Counted from the first letter of the whole stretch, positions 24,266-38,146 are shown. The stretch: 61,560 nt of DNA, filler included, from Hausera hauseri (GCA_046269625.1; 11 parts of 11 records of this genome joined end to end with filler, not necessarily neighbours in it); one strand, 5' to 3'. The notes: generated from the letters alone by a model not told the origin. Made by a program: numbers and translations.

Positions 24266-27200
24266 CCAATTCAGCGGGTGAAATTCTCGAATCGGAAGAT
24301 CGGGCCCGACTATGGACCCGACGTGGCCTAAACGGGCACACGGCCGCGCCAAATCAAAATGGGCCAAAGTGCACCGGCCGCCGTGGGCACCACATCACTC
24401 CCTGTGGCAAAGTTAAAACTATAAAAGCAAAATAGACATAAACAAAATCGCAAAAAGAAAAAAATGTGTGTATCAACTGGTATTATTGTGAGCAAGACGT
24501 TGGGTGCCCTATACTGATTTTTCCTGCTATACATGCTAAATGTGACTCTGCGTGTTTTGTCTGTATGCGACGTGTTTGCTTGCGGAGTTTGAAGTTGGAA
24601 AGAAAGAAGGGCAGATTTTTTTATGGGCGTTGTGTCGTAAAAAGACAAGTCAGAATGAAGAGAAGAAGAAAGTGAAGGAGAGAGAGATTGTTGGGGACGG
24701 ATGGTTGAAGGTATTCAAGAGAGTGTTAGAAGACAAAGGACTGATAAACGGTGTAGTGGCAGATGAAGGAAGAGAGACGAAAATTGGAGTAAAAATTGGA
24801 ATTGTATTAAGCGGAAGAGTAGAAGTAGGAAATGAAACAAAGGTAGTGGTAGAGAAAGAAAGAGAGATAGGAATAGAAGTAGAAAGTGGAGAAAAGGATA
24901 AAGCAGAACTAGGAGCAGAAGCACGAGGTGGAACAGGTGTAGCAACAGATATAGGAACAGCAGGAAGTGTATGAGTGAGAAAAGGGGTTGACGTGACAAT
25001 TGGTGAAGTGTCGTCAACAAAGAAGGCGTGCTTTAAGTTGGTAATATGCACTGTAAATTCTTTGCCGTCTTTAGAAACAATAGAGTTGTGCGAATGCTGC
25101 AGTACCAGTTTATAGGGCCCCAGATACCGCGGATGAAAACCGCACGGCGTTTGAATTTTTAGCCATACGAATTTTGCCGAAAACAAGTCTTCGGGTAAAT
25201 ATGTTTTATTTTTGTGAAGTAACCTGCAGGACAAATCTTTGCTGACCGTGACGAAGTGATCTTGTGCCTCGCGTATCGTTTCATCTGTAGGAGTGTTGAT
25301 CAGGGCAGTTAGCTCGAACAATGATCGTACGGAAGCTCCAATTAAGGCTTCGGTAGGTGACCATCCCGTAGAAGTAGACGGAGTGTTCCGCCAGCCAAAC
25401 AGAACAAACGGAAGAAGATTCGTCCTACTAGTGTTGGACTCTGCGAGGATTCTTAGTGACGTTTTCAATGTTCGGCGGAAACGTTCTAGGAAGCCATTGA
25501 ATTGGGGATGATAAGGCGTAGTATGTATGTGATGGATCCCCAATCGGTTAACAAAAAATTTAAACAGGTTGTATTCAAACTGTAGACCCGGGTCCGTGAT
25601 GATAAAGCGAGGTGATCCAAACCTGCTAATCTATGTGCGAATGAAAACGTCAGCTATGGTGTCGGTATTTGTGCTCCGCAAAGGGATGGCTTCTGGCCAT
25701 CGCGAGGAACTGTCCATCATGGTGAAAATGAATTGATAACCGTTGTCTGGAGGAAGAGGGCCGACGATGTCAATATGCACGGATTCGAAACGAGATGTGC
25801 AGGGAAAGTAAAGTAGTGGTGGCTTTAGATGCTTAGTTGTTTTGTATTTTTGGAAAGCCACGAACTCCTTAACCCATGTCTGCACATCGGAACGCACAGA
25901 CGGCCAAACTACTTGTTGATGGAGTAAACGAAAAGCGGCTTTAGCACAAGGTGGTGTAACGAATGTACACTGTTGAAATCTTGCCTTTGCAACGGTGGTG
26001 CGAGAATTATTACGGAATGACCTGGTTTGGATGTGTTAAAAGCCACGCCGTCAACAACTGTGCAAGACTTGAAAGAATTAAGCATGTTCTGAGATGGCTG
26101 GTTCTGTTGAAGTTAAGCTTGCGTAAAAATCGGCGAAAAATTCATCGAACTAACCGACCTAGATAAAAAATCGGCAACCAAATTATTAACCCCATTGATA
26201 TATTTTATGTCGAAGTTGAATGTCGACAAATATGATGTCTGTCGTTCTTGGTGAGTGGAAGGATGTTTCATAGCCATGATGTTAAGTAAGGGTTTGTAAT
26301 TGGTCTGTATGGTAAAATGGCAAGCGACAAGTAGGTGGGAGAAATGCTTTAAAGCGAGAACGATGGATAGTAATTCTCGATCAAACGTTGAATATGTAGT
26401 TTCAGGAGATGTTAGCTTACGAGAGAAAAATTCTAGCGGTTGATTTTCTCCTTTGTGGATTTGATGAAGCACAGCACCAACAGCAGTGGTTGAAGCGTCT
26501 GTAGTAAGGATGAGTTCCGCGTCAGGCTTGGGGAAAGAGAAAATATCGACGGTCTTAATTCATTCGCGTAGCTAATCAAACTTATAAGCCAATTCAGGTG
26601 TCCGCTGAATTAGCTGGTGTTTTTTGCCGCCGCTTAAGCGTGCAAATGGTGCTTTCAGTTCAAAATATTATCGTACATATTCCTGTACAAAATATAGTGT
26701 ACCAAGGAAGCTGCATATTTCAGTGGTCGTACGTGGTAACTGGATATTCTTAAGGGCTTCAACTGGATCTGGTTGAGGAGAGTGGCCGTCTGGCGAAATA
26801 ACGTAGCCTAAAACGTTGATGCGCTTTTTGAAGAAATGACATTTGTCGAAACTGATTTGTAAATTGTGGTGATTAAGGCGTTGGACTATTGCGCGGAGAT
26901 GTTCCTCGTGTTGTTTGGCTGAAGACGAAACGACCAGAATATCATCAATGTAAGGGTGTGCAAACGGGAGATCTGAGAGAATTGAATCAATATGTTGCCA
27001 AAAAGTTTGTGCAGCATTTCGCAAACCGAATGGCATAAACAGGTATTCGTAGAGACCAAAAGGAGTATTGACAGCATTCTTTTCTATGTTGTCAAGTACC
27101 ACCGGTATTTGGTGATATGCTTTGGCTAAATCGATGGTCGAGTAAATTACGGTTGAATTGAGACTATGCACGATATCCTTGATGAGTGGCAGGGGATACG

Positions 27201-29640
27201 CATCCATAATTGTCAAGTTGTTCAACTGTCGGTAGTCACCAAATGGTCTAAAAGCGCCGTCCTTCTTTGTACAACATGTAAAAGTGATGATCAATGAGAT
27301 TTGAAACGGCGTACAATGCCGGAGCGTTCTAGTTCGAAAAATTCGGCTTCTACGGCCTGTCTACGACAAGGTGACAATGGTCGCACCTTTTGACGTATTG
27401 GTAGTTGATGCTGTGTAATTATGTAATGTACAGTGCTGTTTGTAGAGGTAAACTAACGATCTTTTTTAAGTACCCGTGGACATGATGTGGTAACAAATTG
27501 CTGTAATGTTGTAGGCAACTGTGATAGATTCGATGATGATCGTGAAACAGTTTGAGTAGTATTGGATACTATTTGTAAATTGTTTTGAGATGTGCAGTCA
27601 AGTGGTAAGATGGTCGAATTGAAAATGGCGTTGGATGAAGTGATTTCGTCAAGTGAATGAACATTGGTGACAGTACCACAATTATCGTCATTGAACCTCG
27701 ATCGAATATCGATATTATTATATAAAATTTAAGAATTGAATTATTGTTATAAAAATTCGAATTATTTATTGATTTGCCTACAATTAACCTCCGCATTCCG
27801 GTCGACTGCGCGGTAGTCGAAATGCTATTGACATGGCCAGAAATGTCACCAGTGGTGCCGTTCCTTAAACATTGTTGACTGCAGTCAACCAATAAATTAT
27901 AATGTGATAGAAAATAGGTCCCTAGAATTGTCATCTGGACGTTAGCAACTGCGAATGTCCAGTGGAAAGGTGAAGGGAATTTTGGTAAGATGAAAGATAG
28001 TTTAACCATGCCAAAAAAGTGCAGCGGTTGACGTGAAGCGGTGTATAAAGGTTTAATTCTGAATAGTAAATTTTGTACAGGGAAAGATTGTGGTAATAAG
28101 GAAATCGCTGCACCTGTATCAATGAGGAAATCAACGGATTGCGCTGTAGCAGCGGTGATTGCAGTCTTTAGAGTAAAGACAGCAAAAGAGGCGTGTCGGC
28201 ATTCATTAGGTGTAGCCGTGCCTTTGCCAGAGTTTGCCGTGACTTCTGGCGGAAAATTTAGTTTTTTTGGAAAGGTGAACTAGGACGACTATTAGAAAGA
28301 AAGGTAGCACGTCCGTCGTACGTATCAGTTTTGAAAGTGCAGCCTGGAATGTATTTACGGGCTTTATTTTTAACCTTTGCATGGTAAATATAAACAACGG
28401 TATCCGAAAAGAAGTTTTTATTATAAAATCTGCATCTTAGGCAGCATCTTTTGGCTTATGGTGACCGGTTTCTAGGTACAGAATGGGCGCGACCAGCGAC
28501 AAAATCCCTTCGGCGGGACAGCGAAAGTTCATTAAATTTATTATTAATATTGTTAATTGTTGCGTGTAGTGCAGTATTTTCGGCATGTAACTGATTTATC
28601 TGTTGTTCTATCGATGTGTTATTGCTTTAAATACCGTTTGCGGCAACTGCCACCTAAACGATTGGTCGGAGTTTAAGTGTAGAACGTCGTGTGTCTTGTC
28701 GGCTAATTCGGCCAATTTCTCAAGAGTGGTGGAGTCCTCCATCACGGTAAGGAGATCCAGAATTTGGATGGGTAACGCTTTGAGGAAGTAGTGGCGCAGT
28801 AGTTCTGGATTGTGTTCTTTAGTGACACTGAGAGTGTGTAGTTGTGCCAGAGAAGTACGTAAAAAGTCTGATGGTCGTTGTGCGCCTATAGCATTGTTAT
28901 GGTAGAAGCATTGTATGATAATCTCCATTGAGGATTCTGTGATCTTAAGAACAGAGTTGAAGAGTTGTGAATATGGATTAGGAAGTTCGAAGATTTCGAT
29001 GATGTTATGAATTCGTGTTTTGATATTGTTAGGGAGTAAGAAGAGGAGGTTGAGTGCTTTAGTTAATGAATCGGTAACGTTATTTGCTTGTAGCCACAGT
29101 TGGTGGAATTGCAGCCAAGTTTTGCTGGAGCCTTGGTTGTCAATAAAGAATTCAGTGCAGTGAGGGAAAGGAGAGGAAGAAATAGTAAGTGCAGGGTTAT
29201 TATTAGAAGTAGTAGTGGATTTTGGAGTAGTATGACGGGTTTTGGCGTCGTGGTGGTTTTATCCGTGGTGTCTATGGTTGGCGTTGAATTCATGCCACCA
29301 CTGATGCGCAAGTGTATGTGGTGGTGGGTATAAGTTGAAGAAGATTGTAGTGTTCCATCGACAGGTATTGTAGAGACGTTGTACGTGATGGAGAAGTCAG
29401 ATGAGTGAAAAGTGGAGATGGTGTTGTTGATATCTGTAGTGTTTATATGTGTTGATGCAGTTGTATAAATATGTATATTATTTAAAAAAGAAGAGAGAAA
29501 ATGGTGTGGATGTATAGCCAGGGGCGTGTCGTGGCGCGTTAGAAAACGGTGCCGTTCGACCCAATGGCATAGGGTGGGCGGCCGAGACTTCGACCCCGTC
29601 ATGGCGAATCTCAAACTTCGGGGTTACAGAGTTTCCCGCA
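24266..29640 (-). mobile_element. Degenerate CsRn1-like Gypsy, near full internal region with leader-Ubl
   Basis: HIHLRISGG|MNSTPTID (ATG 29293), Gag KLAELAD, FLIDTG protease, YIDD, RH, IN, S/T/P tail, PPT and terminal block. Confidence 0.92.
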
Positions 29641-29644
29641 GAAA

Positions 29645-30800
29645 TGGTAGGTTCAGGACGCGTATTATCGGACATGTATATTTGATGACTATTGGAATCG
29701 CATGCTTTCACAGGCAAGGTATAAATGTTCTCTTTGCCCGTTTCTAAAACCCAAACGTTCTCTCCCAGTGAAATATGAAATCACAAGTATCTCGGTTTAA
29801 CGACTAATAAAACGGACGACGGATGTCGGACTTCTTATGTGATATTTTTATCAATAAGTGTAACTTCAGTTTGGCCGTATTTTTTGCTGTAGCAGTTCAG
29901 CAATGAATATCAAGGGCTGTGATATGACTGTTGTTAACCTGGAGGGCATATTGACTGCTCGAAAGTTTTTATTTTATAAATGATCCTTGACTATGAACGT
30001 GTATTTTATACGATATGAGTGTTAGGAATCAAGTATGCGCATTGTGGCGATAAAGTAGCATTATCCATGACTAGAAGCCTAACATCTTGACTACGCACAG
30101 TACTTTTGACTTTTTCGTCGCGAAATATTAAAGAAACTCTAGCAGACACTGTTTTCGAGCCGCTGACTAACTGTGTATAACGTTTAAGTTCTTGTTGTTC
30201 CGTATTTCCAATCAACATTGGTGTTGAATATTCTGACTCAGTCCATGTTATAAATCCTAGAACACCTTGTGCATGGCTGCTTAAACTCGATGCATGTATA
30301 GACCATTCAAATAGCAAACCGTTCAACGTGGAGAACGTGTTACCGAATTTATCGGAAGGTCTGACGATAAGAGCTTTGGAAGTTTCATGTAAATATAACT
30401 CCTGTGTTCGGGTTTCAATCGGTAGGGGCTTAGTGACGTCATCAATAACGTTGCGGTGTACAATACGACCGGTAGCAGTTTTTGGCATTAATTGTAGCTG
30501 TTGCACGATGATTTGGTTGCCATAAAGAAGTAACAACAACCTCATTAGAACATTTTGCATCTGGATATAATGGTGTTATTGTTGCTACATCGGGAGTGTT
30601 TGAGGGCCATAGATGGCAAATGAAAAATGAGCCTCGTATCGTATAATATATGGGTTTAAAAGTACTTCTGCGTAAAAGAATCTTTGAATCATTTAACTTA
30701 AATTCAGTTCCTTTTATTACGTGTACATGTATGAAAAAACATGAGAATAAAATTTCAATAGGGCTCATGATAAAATTTATGAAATGAACGAAAATAGATG
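29645..30800 (-). pseudogene. NUP210: Intronless 5' fragment of nuclear pore glycoprotein gp210
   Basis: TQELYL...DKFGNTFSTLNGLLFEWSI and WVLETGKENIYTLPVKACDSNSHQIYMSDN match Nup210 ([44 protein letters not shown]); stops and frameshifts. Confidence 0.85.
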
Positions 30801-31208
30801 CTTTTGTTGCATTATAAACAATAAAAAATATTACCGTGACCGCTCTACACGGTCCATATCGGTACGTTGCCGGCGAATATCCATGATGGTTGCGTCTGGC
30901 CGCCGAAGCATTGCTGAGTGTGCGTTCTGACACAATTTATTGTCTTTATTGTTAATTGTACAAGCACAATCAAAACCTTGTCTTGTTCGCTTTTCCATAA
31001 AAAACAAATCAAATATACATNNNNNNNNNNNNNNNNNNNNNNNNNNNNNNNNNNNNNNNNNNNNTTAATTAATTAANNNNNNNNNNNNNNNNNNNNNNNN
31101 NNNNNNNNNNNNNNNNNNNNCATGCAGTAACGTGGTTTAAAAGGTAGATTATTTAATCTTCAGTAAAAACAGGTGGTTTAAACTGGACTAAAGTATGACT
31201 TATCTCAC

Positions 31209-31322
31209 TTTTTCGCGGTGTTCCCGTTCTGTATCCAGCTCTCTTTGTATCTCCAGTGCGCGTTCTTCAGCCTCATCAACTTGCTGCTGCAGAGTTTGGA
31301 TTTTCTTCTTCACCATCTCCAT
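31209..31322 (-). CDS. Tropomyosin first coding exon (short/non-muscle exon-1b type)
   Basis: MEMVKKKIQTLQQQVDEAEERALEIQRELDTEREHREK followed by GTGAGA donor; cf. AVKRKIQVLQQQADDAEERA. Confidence 0.85.
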
Positions 31323-33449
31323 GACTGCGATTATTTCGTGTATACAAACCCGGCAATAAATAACAAAAAAAGAAACAAAAAAATAAACAAAATCTTCGAG
31401 TTGAAGAATACTCTCTTCATGACGACCAAATTATTCTATATGATTTCCTTTACAATGTCGATCATCTTATTCACCTCATTGAGTCCAAACTTGTTTTAGC
31501 AGTACTGATCGAAAATTCGATCCGACTCCACGGACCCAAACAATAAGTCCCTTAAATCAAACCAATATGTCCGAGGATACTCGAATGATATACTACTCGT
31601 ACTCCTTATCGATCCAACCTCTCTGAATACAACAAAATACCACCAACACGAAACAAAACAAACGAAGTAGTATACCATATGTCAAAATTCAGATCGACAA
31701 ACTAAAAGCTAAGCTATATTACTCGACGAATAACTACATGCAATTTTTCCACGAGCTTATAGACCAATATAGATAACTCGTTGAACAACAAATTAGATGA
31801 CAGTTACGTTACTATTATCAACTCTCATACAACAGTCTTTCAACAATAAAAATTTGTAAATATTGAAATTCGTGATACTAATCAAGTAGTGGAAAAATGA
31901 GCACTCTGGTACAAACGCCTACCCCACCCCATTAATTAAATTAATTCGATAAAACAAAAGTCCATTTGACGATCGGATGAATCGGAATTAGTACTTATTC
32001 CTTATCGCTGTGAAGGTCACATGACGTCAAGGTAATTTAAGGTCAAGCTCATCTTTTTATGAGCAAAAAGGTTATAATCAAAATTTGAACATCAAAAACA
32101 TTCAAATAAACAAGAGTAAAAGAATCTCCGTCTTGCTGAACTTTATTATCTGTTGATGAAATAATGACCGTATCACATCTTTGTCTCTTTTCAAATTTTG
32201 GAAATGAAAAAATAGTAAAAGATTTTGGGAGATTAAGCTGACCCCCGTCCACAGCTTGAAGACTCCCGCCAACACCAAAAGGAGTTGAAATGGGGAATTT
32301 AATAAAATTTTGATCTGACAACCTCCTCACCAGAAACGAGTAATTTTTTTCATATGACTGAATATTTTCCAAAATGAGAAAACATAAATCTGAAATATAT
32401 AAATTTGAAACAAATTTGAAAACAAATTTGATTTTTGAAATTGTTACCGATCAATAATTCTAGAATATGTCCACCAAGAAAACATCAATTTTTTAAAAAT
32501 GTCACTTAAAATTTCTTGACGACGTATAGTGGAACAAGAAATAGAAATTTTTTTTTTCTACATATGAAATGTAAAGGTAGGGTAAAGTGGTTAAATGGCC
32601 AAGTTTACACTTATTCATTACAATATTTATGATTTTCATCGCAATATCCACACAAAGGACAAATCGATCCAGGAGTATGATGCAAATATCGATTACAATG
32701 ACACTGATTGTAATCTTATTTGTTGATGAATTTTAGAACTGGACTGTTTGGTAACTGCACAATTAAATTTTAAAGTCTTACTTAAAAGTTGACCTTTGAT
32801 GTTTTTGCAAGTTCCTTAAGATTAGTGAACGGTTTTAAGTTTGATTTTGTTAACCTACCATGAATAATGGTTTATTTAATTGAGATCTCGGAGTCTTTTT
32901 CTGTTTTGGAAACAGCTGTAATTTGGGGCGCTATTGTGCGACTACCGATATTTACTTCATCTGGACTAGCTTGGAGTTCAAATGTCCTGTCAATACGTTT
33001 TATTGTTTCTTTCACTGATGAGGTTCTCGTTAGCTCGTTCGTTGTTTATCAAATCACTGAAGAATGTCGAATGATTTTCTTTGGTTTTAAAATTTTTGAA
33101 CGACCGTTAACCGCATGAGAATCGTTAGGCGAAGGCTGAGGCGAATAGCACACCGGTCCAATGGCACCGAAAGGTAACTCTGTGGTGGTGATACCTGCAA
33201 CCGTGGCACCACAGTGCCATAATTAGAACAGATCGTTATAACGAAATGCCGCATAAAGAGGGGCTGTATAGCGAGGTATAGATGTATATGTAAAGTTTAC
33301 CTGGGCGTTGATAAGATTCTCTTGACTTTTAAGCAAAATATTATTCATGATGGAGAAGTTGCACATGTGTTTCAGTAGTGTATAACCTTTGTTGTTACTC
33401 CTGTCTCAGATATGAAGTACATGGGTAGGAAATGTGAAACCACTAGGTG

Positions 33450-34320
33450 TGAAAAATTATGTCTTTCAAATGACCGCCATTCTCAGCCTTACAAATAGCG
33501 GCTCTTCGCAGTACATTGTTCATAACTTTGTGAAGAATTGCTGACTAAAACTCACGAATTTCAGCCCGTATATTGTTTTTGAGCTGCTTGATGGTTGCTA
33601 GTTTGATGATGTATATGTATCCACGTTCTTTGAGACGCCTCCAAAGGAAAATGTTGGGTTGTTAAGTCTGGGGAACGTGATGGCCAGTTGAAAACGGCGA
33701 ACCTGGATATTATTCGCTCGCCAAAAACATGCGTTAGCAGTGCTCTGGTTTCAGGTGCTGTATGAGCAGTGACGTCAACTTTATGAAATCAGTAAGCAGG
33801 ATTAATAGCCACAGCCGGTTTTAGAAAGTTTATGGTCACGTTGCAATACCGCTCCTCTGTCACTGTTGCGACATCACCTTCAAAGAAATACGGACTGATG
33901 ATCCGTTCTGAGATTACACTGTACATTTTATTGGATGACCTTGGGGTTTTCCGTCCCCATATTCGGCAGTTTTGTTTGTTCACAACCCCATTTAAGTGGA
34001 AATGAGCTTCGTCTCGAATTATCAGATTCTGAAGAAAGTCCTGTTGTTCCGTCGCCAAGTCTTGGTAGCGAACTGCATACCTGAGACGGGCTTGTGGATC
34101 TGCGAAATTTACTCTGCATCAGTTGCATTTCGTATGTGAACAATTTCAACTCCGTCGTTGAATAATGTTGCCGAAAGCGTGCTACGAGACGGAGAATCGT
34201 AGTCTGATGAGGACAGTTGCGCACATAGAAAATCCGATGTTATGCTATCTGAGTGAGGATAATAGAACTTTGATTTTTAAAATAAAGTTTCGTGCGCTGT
34301 TCAGGACTCAATTTCTCCAT
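33450..34320 (-). mobile_element. Degenerate mariner-like (DUF4817-type) transposase
   Basis: DEAHFHLNGVVNKQNCRIW, SPYFFE, WPSRSPDL, NGGHLKDIIF. Confidence 0.85.
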
Positions 34321-34439
34321 GGTGTATCTTCCAAATGTACTTCACAGTTCCTACAAAGAAAAAAATTAAATAAATTACAAAAAAAATTGAGGCATTGCAA
34401 CCCATGCGCGACTTCTGCGAAATATCGAATGTGAAATCA

Positions 34440-34960
34440 TATGAAACCGATTGTGTATTAAGAAAAATTCACCCTTGACGGTCCGGACGGATTTACATAC
34501 TATTTCCATGATTTGAAAAGGAAATTATTTCAAAACATTAATTTGGTAAGTTACGGGACACATTATCTCAAGCATTTGAATATTTCAAACTTTTTTGTAA
34601 TTGGCAATTATTTATGTTCCGGGAGCATTTGGGTATCACGGCAGGAGCGAACTATAACTTGTACAGCTACGATTAACATCCCAAGATTATCAGGATATAC
34701 TTAGGTGCGGATTACTTTGTGATAGGGTGGTTAGCCATGAATAAAGTTTTTGTTTTGCCGTGGCCACCTCGTTCTCCCTAGGAAAACTGCTGGGGATACA
34801 TTTCTCGAAAAATCTACTCCAATGGACTACAATATGACACCGTTTCTCAGTTGGAAGCATAAATTTATCGAGCCTGGGAAGAAATGCCGGAGGAATATTT
34901 GAAAATTTTAACTTCATCAATGAAAGAAGTTATTTTAACAAATAGTGGCTATTGTGGGTA
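34440..34960 (+). mobile_element. Tc3/Tc1-like transposase relic
   Basis: FTLDGPDGFTYYFHDL; WLAMNKVFVLPWPPRSP; IYRAWEEM. Confidence 0.75.
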
Positions 34961-35479
34961 TTAAAATTAAAAATAATTGTTAAATAGTGTGTTGGTTATA
35001 CGAATTTTTGTGCAGATTATTAAAGAAATTCTGACAAGAATTATTTAAGTTGTAGCTAATGCAGATTAAATGTGTAAAATTCTGAAATATGATATTACGT
35101 TTGAAGTTTTGTATTTTATTGAATTACAAATTCAATAAACATAATTATTATTTAGCTGTTTAGTTGGGTGAACATGACAGACTTCATAATATCAATATNN
35201 NNNNNNNNNNNNNNNNNNNNNNNNNNNNNNNNNNNNNNNNNNTTAATTAATTAANNNNNNNNNNNNNNNNNNNNNNNNNNNNNNNNNNNNNNNNNNNNAA
35301 CACTGTGAGGATATAATCGAGAATGGAAATTCTAAATTTGAATTAGAAACTTTTTTAAATTTTAAAAAAATTTAATTTTAAAGTGTAATATTAAAAGTAT
35401 AATTTAAATTTAGAATTTGGGAAAATTTGAGAAAATTTGTTTATAAATAAGTATTTTGGATTATAATAAAATTTTCAAC

Positions 35480-35900
35480 AACTGGTGATAACTTTTCAAT
35501 GTGTAGTTTCAAACGATCCAATTCCGCTTCTGCGGACATACCAGGAGCAGGGATTTTCCAATCCTCCCCAAGCTAGGCGACTATGTGGACGGTGTGGTTG
35601 CGCATGCAGCCAACGCATACTATGGATTTTGAATGTGATTACAATGAAGCTTACGTGCAATCAATCATAAGAAATTTGGGATTTTTAAATACAGATCATA
35701 ATAACGTAATAACACTCAAAGATTTTCATGAAAGATATCCGTTTTTCACTTTTGTCCTCTTACTGGACTTTTGAATTGAGCAAACCAAATTGCCAAAACG
35801 GGTAAATTGAAACTAGAAATTAAATTTAGCAAAGCTCTTGATGTTCCAATTACTCTAATTACATATAGTTCATTTGATTCATAAATTCAAATTAGTAAAA
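35480..35900 (+). pseudogene. Polinton/adintovirus major capsid protein C-terminal relic
   Basis: DYNEAY...ITLKDFHERYPFFTF...LKLEIKFSKALDVPITLITY. Confidence 0.6.
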
Positions 35901-35989
35901 TACGGCCAATTTTCACACAAACATAACACCACTGGTCATGGTAACATCTATATGAAGTAAATTATTGTTATTGTATAACTTTTAAATAA

Positions 35990-36181
35990 TGTAGTATAAT
36001 TCAGATACATTGTGCATTGAAAAAAATTAGGAAAATTTTTCAAAGGCGTTTACTCATTCGATAGGCTTCCAAACTTATTAAAATCAAACGCATATGTAGT
36101 CAATACTCATACTGGCAATTTGGGTGGAAAGCATTTGATAGCTATTGATGTCAGACCAAATATTATCAATGCTTTTGATTC
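35990..36181 (+). pseudogene. Polinton/adenain-like cysteine protease relic
   Basis: FKGVYSFDRLP...YVVNTHTGNLGGKH...AFDS, directly after the capsid relic. Confidence 0.65.
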
Positions 36182-36476
36182 ATGATTGGTGTAGCATCAG
36201 TAAAGACTGCTCGGCAAAATCGGAGGATCGAAATCCTCGAGTTCACTTGCTTTCTTTTCGCTCATAATTCGAATATAAGTCTAAAGAGTTTTTTAAAAGT
36301 ATTTATCTTTTATCCAATATTTAAAAAAATTGAAAATAAATAATAATTTGCTTATTATTTATTTTTGCTGCTCTATTACTGTGGACGTTACTAATAGATT
36401 TGATTATTTCTACTTACAGGTTTTAGAAGCTATAAATATGTGCTTAAATATATAGCAAATCATTTTGAAATTGAAC

Positions 36477-37475
36477 ATGCCATGAAATTCGCAGATTTCG
36501 ATTGAAAGAAGAGCACAAACAACGGTCACTGGAATAAAACAAGTACAGATATCAAAGCAAATGAAGATGTCCAAACACGCAATGTCATCAATTTTGAAAA
36601 AGTAACTCGACCGTGGTAGGTACAAACCTGTGAAGCGCTCAAAATGTTCCAGAAATACCTCAACTAGAAATGACACCATGATCAAGAGTATATCAACAAC
36701 ACAACCACATTGGTCAGCAAAATAAATTTTAGTTAAGATACCCTCACCAGCATCAGTACAAAATATACTACATAGGCTGCATGGTGAATTTCATTTGAAA
36801 TCCAGATGACCAACAAAAAAGCCTCCGTTATCTCAGAAGAACATCAGAGCCAGACTGACATTCTGCAGATGATATAACAACTGGAACTAAGAGATGTGGA
36901 GTTTAGTGCTCTTTTCAGAAGAAAGCATAACACAGCATTTCCAGAAGCTCTCTAAATATGTTAAACGACCAGCAAACAAAAGATATGATATAAAATATAT
37001 CCAATCTACAATAAAAGATTCCGCAAGTGTGATAGTTTGGGCCAGTTTTGTCGTGCTGTTGTAGGAACAATGCGCTTCCTTCCTAGACACATAACGCCAA
37101 AAGCAATAAATTACTTCACCATTTTGCAGAACTTGTTACAGCCAACGATGTCCAGGTTTGGGCAACTATTTTCAAGAAAGATGATGCTCCTTGCCACACA
37201 GCAGCAGTGGTTAAAAACTGGTTTGCTAACAACAACATCGAGGTTCTCAAATGGCTTGGACAAATCCCAGACCTAAACCCAATAAAAAATATATGACAAA
37301 ATATAAAGAACAAAGTGGCATCAAAAGAACCACTCAGTTTAGCCCATCTGCATAACATTATTCGTAAAGTGTGGAAGGAGAACTTTTCCGTTGATGAATG
37401 TCGAAGATTGACAGATTCCATGACTAACCGTATCAAACCTCTTCTTAAGAACAAAGGAGGTCGCTACAAATACTG
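36477..37475 (+). mobile_element. Degenerate Tc1-like DD34E transposase
   Basis: KKPPLS..NIRARLTFC, VLFSEES, FQEDDAPCHTA, PDLNPIKNI. Confidence 0.88.
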
Positions 37476-37729
37476 ACAATTTATTATGGTCATGTAATAT
37501 AGTATGTATCTGTAATTTGTGTTAATAGTTGAAGGTAGATCCTATTCAACACCCAACTATAACAATTATGAAACTCAGTTTTAAAACAATGATTGTTAGC
37601 AGATAAGTTCTAACGTTCTCGTTAGAATGTTTGCACTAATTTAGGATGCGTGTACTGAGTGCTGTGCCTTGCGTAGTTTATAGAATTTTCAACTTAGCTA
37701 TAGAATTTAAAATTTCAATTTAACTTTAA

Positions 37730-38093
37730 TGTACTGCCAGTCCCTCGTAAGGAGCAACAAAAACTGTGTAATTTTTAAGATGATAAACACTTTATTAAAA
37801 AATCAACAATACCGATGATCAACAGCAATGTTCACAGTTCAGATTTCAGAATCGTCTGATTTTTTTGAATCATTTGAACTCGGAAATTTCGAATCTGTAC
37901 AATTCACTAACTTCGGTTTAAACTATCTACTTTTCTACACTACTCCAGCGTGTTTATATAGTAATTGACATGCCACATAGCTACTAACAATCTTCTAATT
38001 TTTTCTCTTTTTATTATTTCGTTTTTGATTAATTTCATGTGCTACAGATTTACAGTTGTCGAAGGTGTCCTCCTATAACATTTCTCCTCCCTG
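37730..38093 (-). repeat. Putative 3' LTR (TGT...ACA, ~350 bp) preceded by a polypurine tract
   Basis: AGGGAGGAGAAA then TGTTATAGG (38080); internal TATATAAA and AATAAA; candidate end GGCAGTACA at 37730. Confidence 0.55.
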
Positions 38094-38146
38094 AACGGCA
38101 CTCTCGGATGTGCCAGTTGCGTCAGAAGAATTGCCGCGTAGTCTGT

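Noticed and set aside
36182-36245. tRNA-like GAGGATCGAAATCCTC hairpin
   Set aside because: A full cloverleaf cannot be built; at most a SINE remnant
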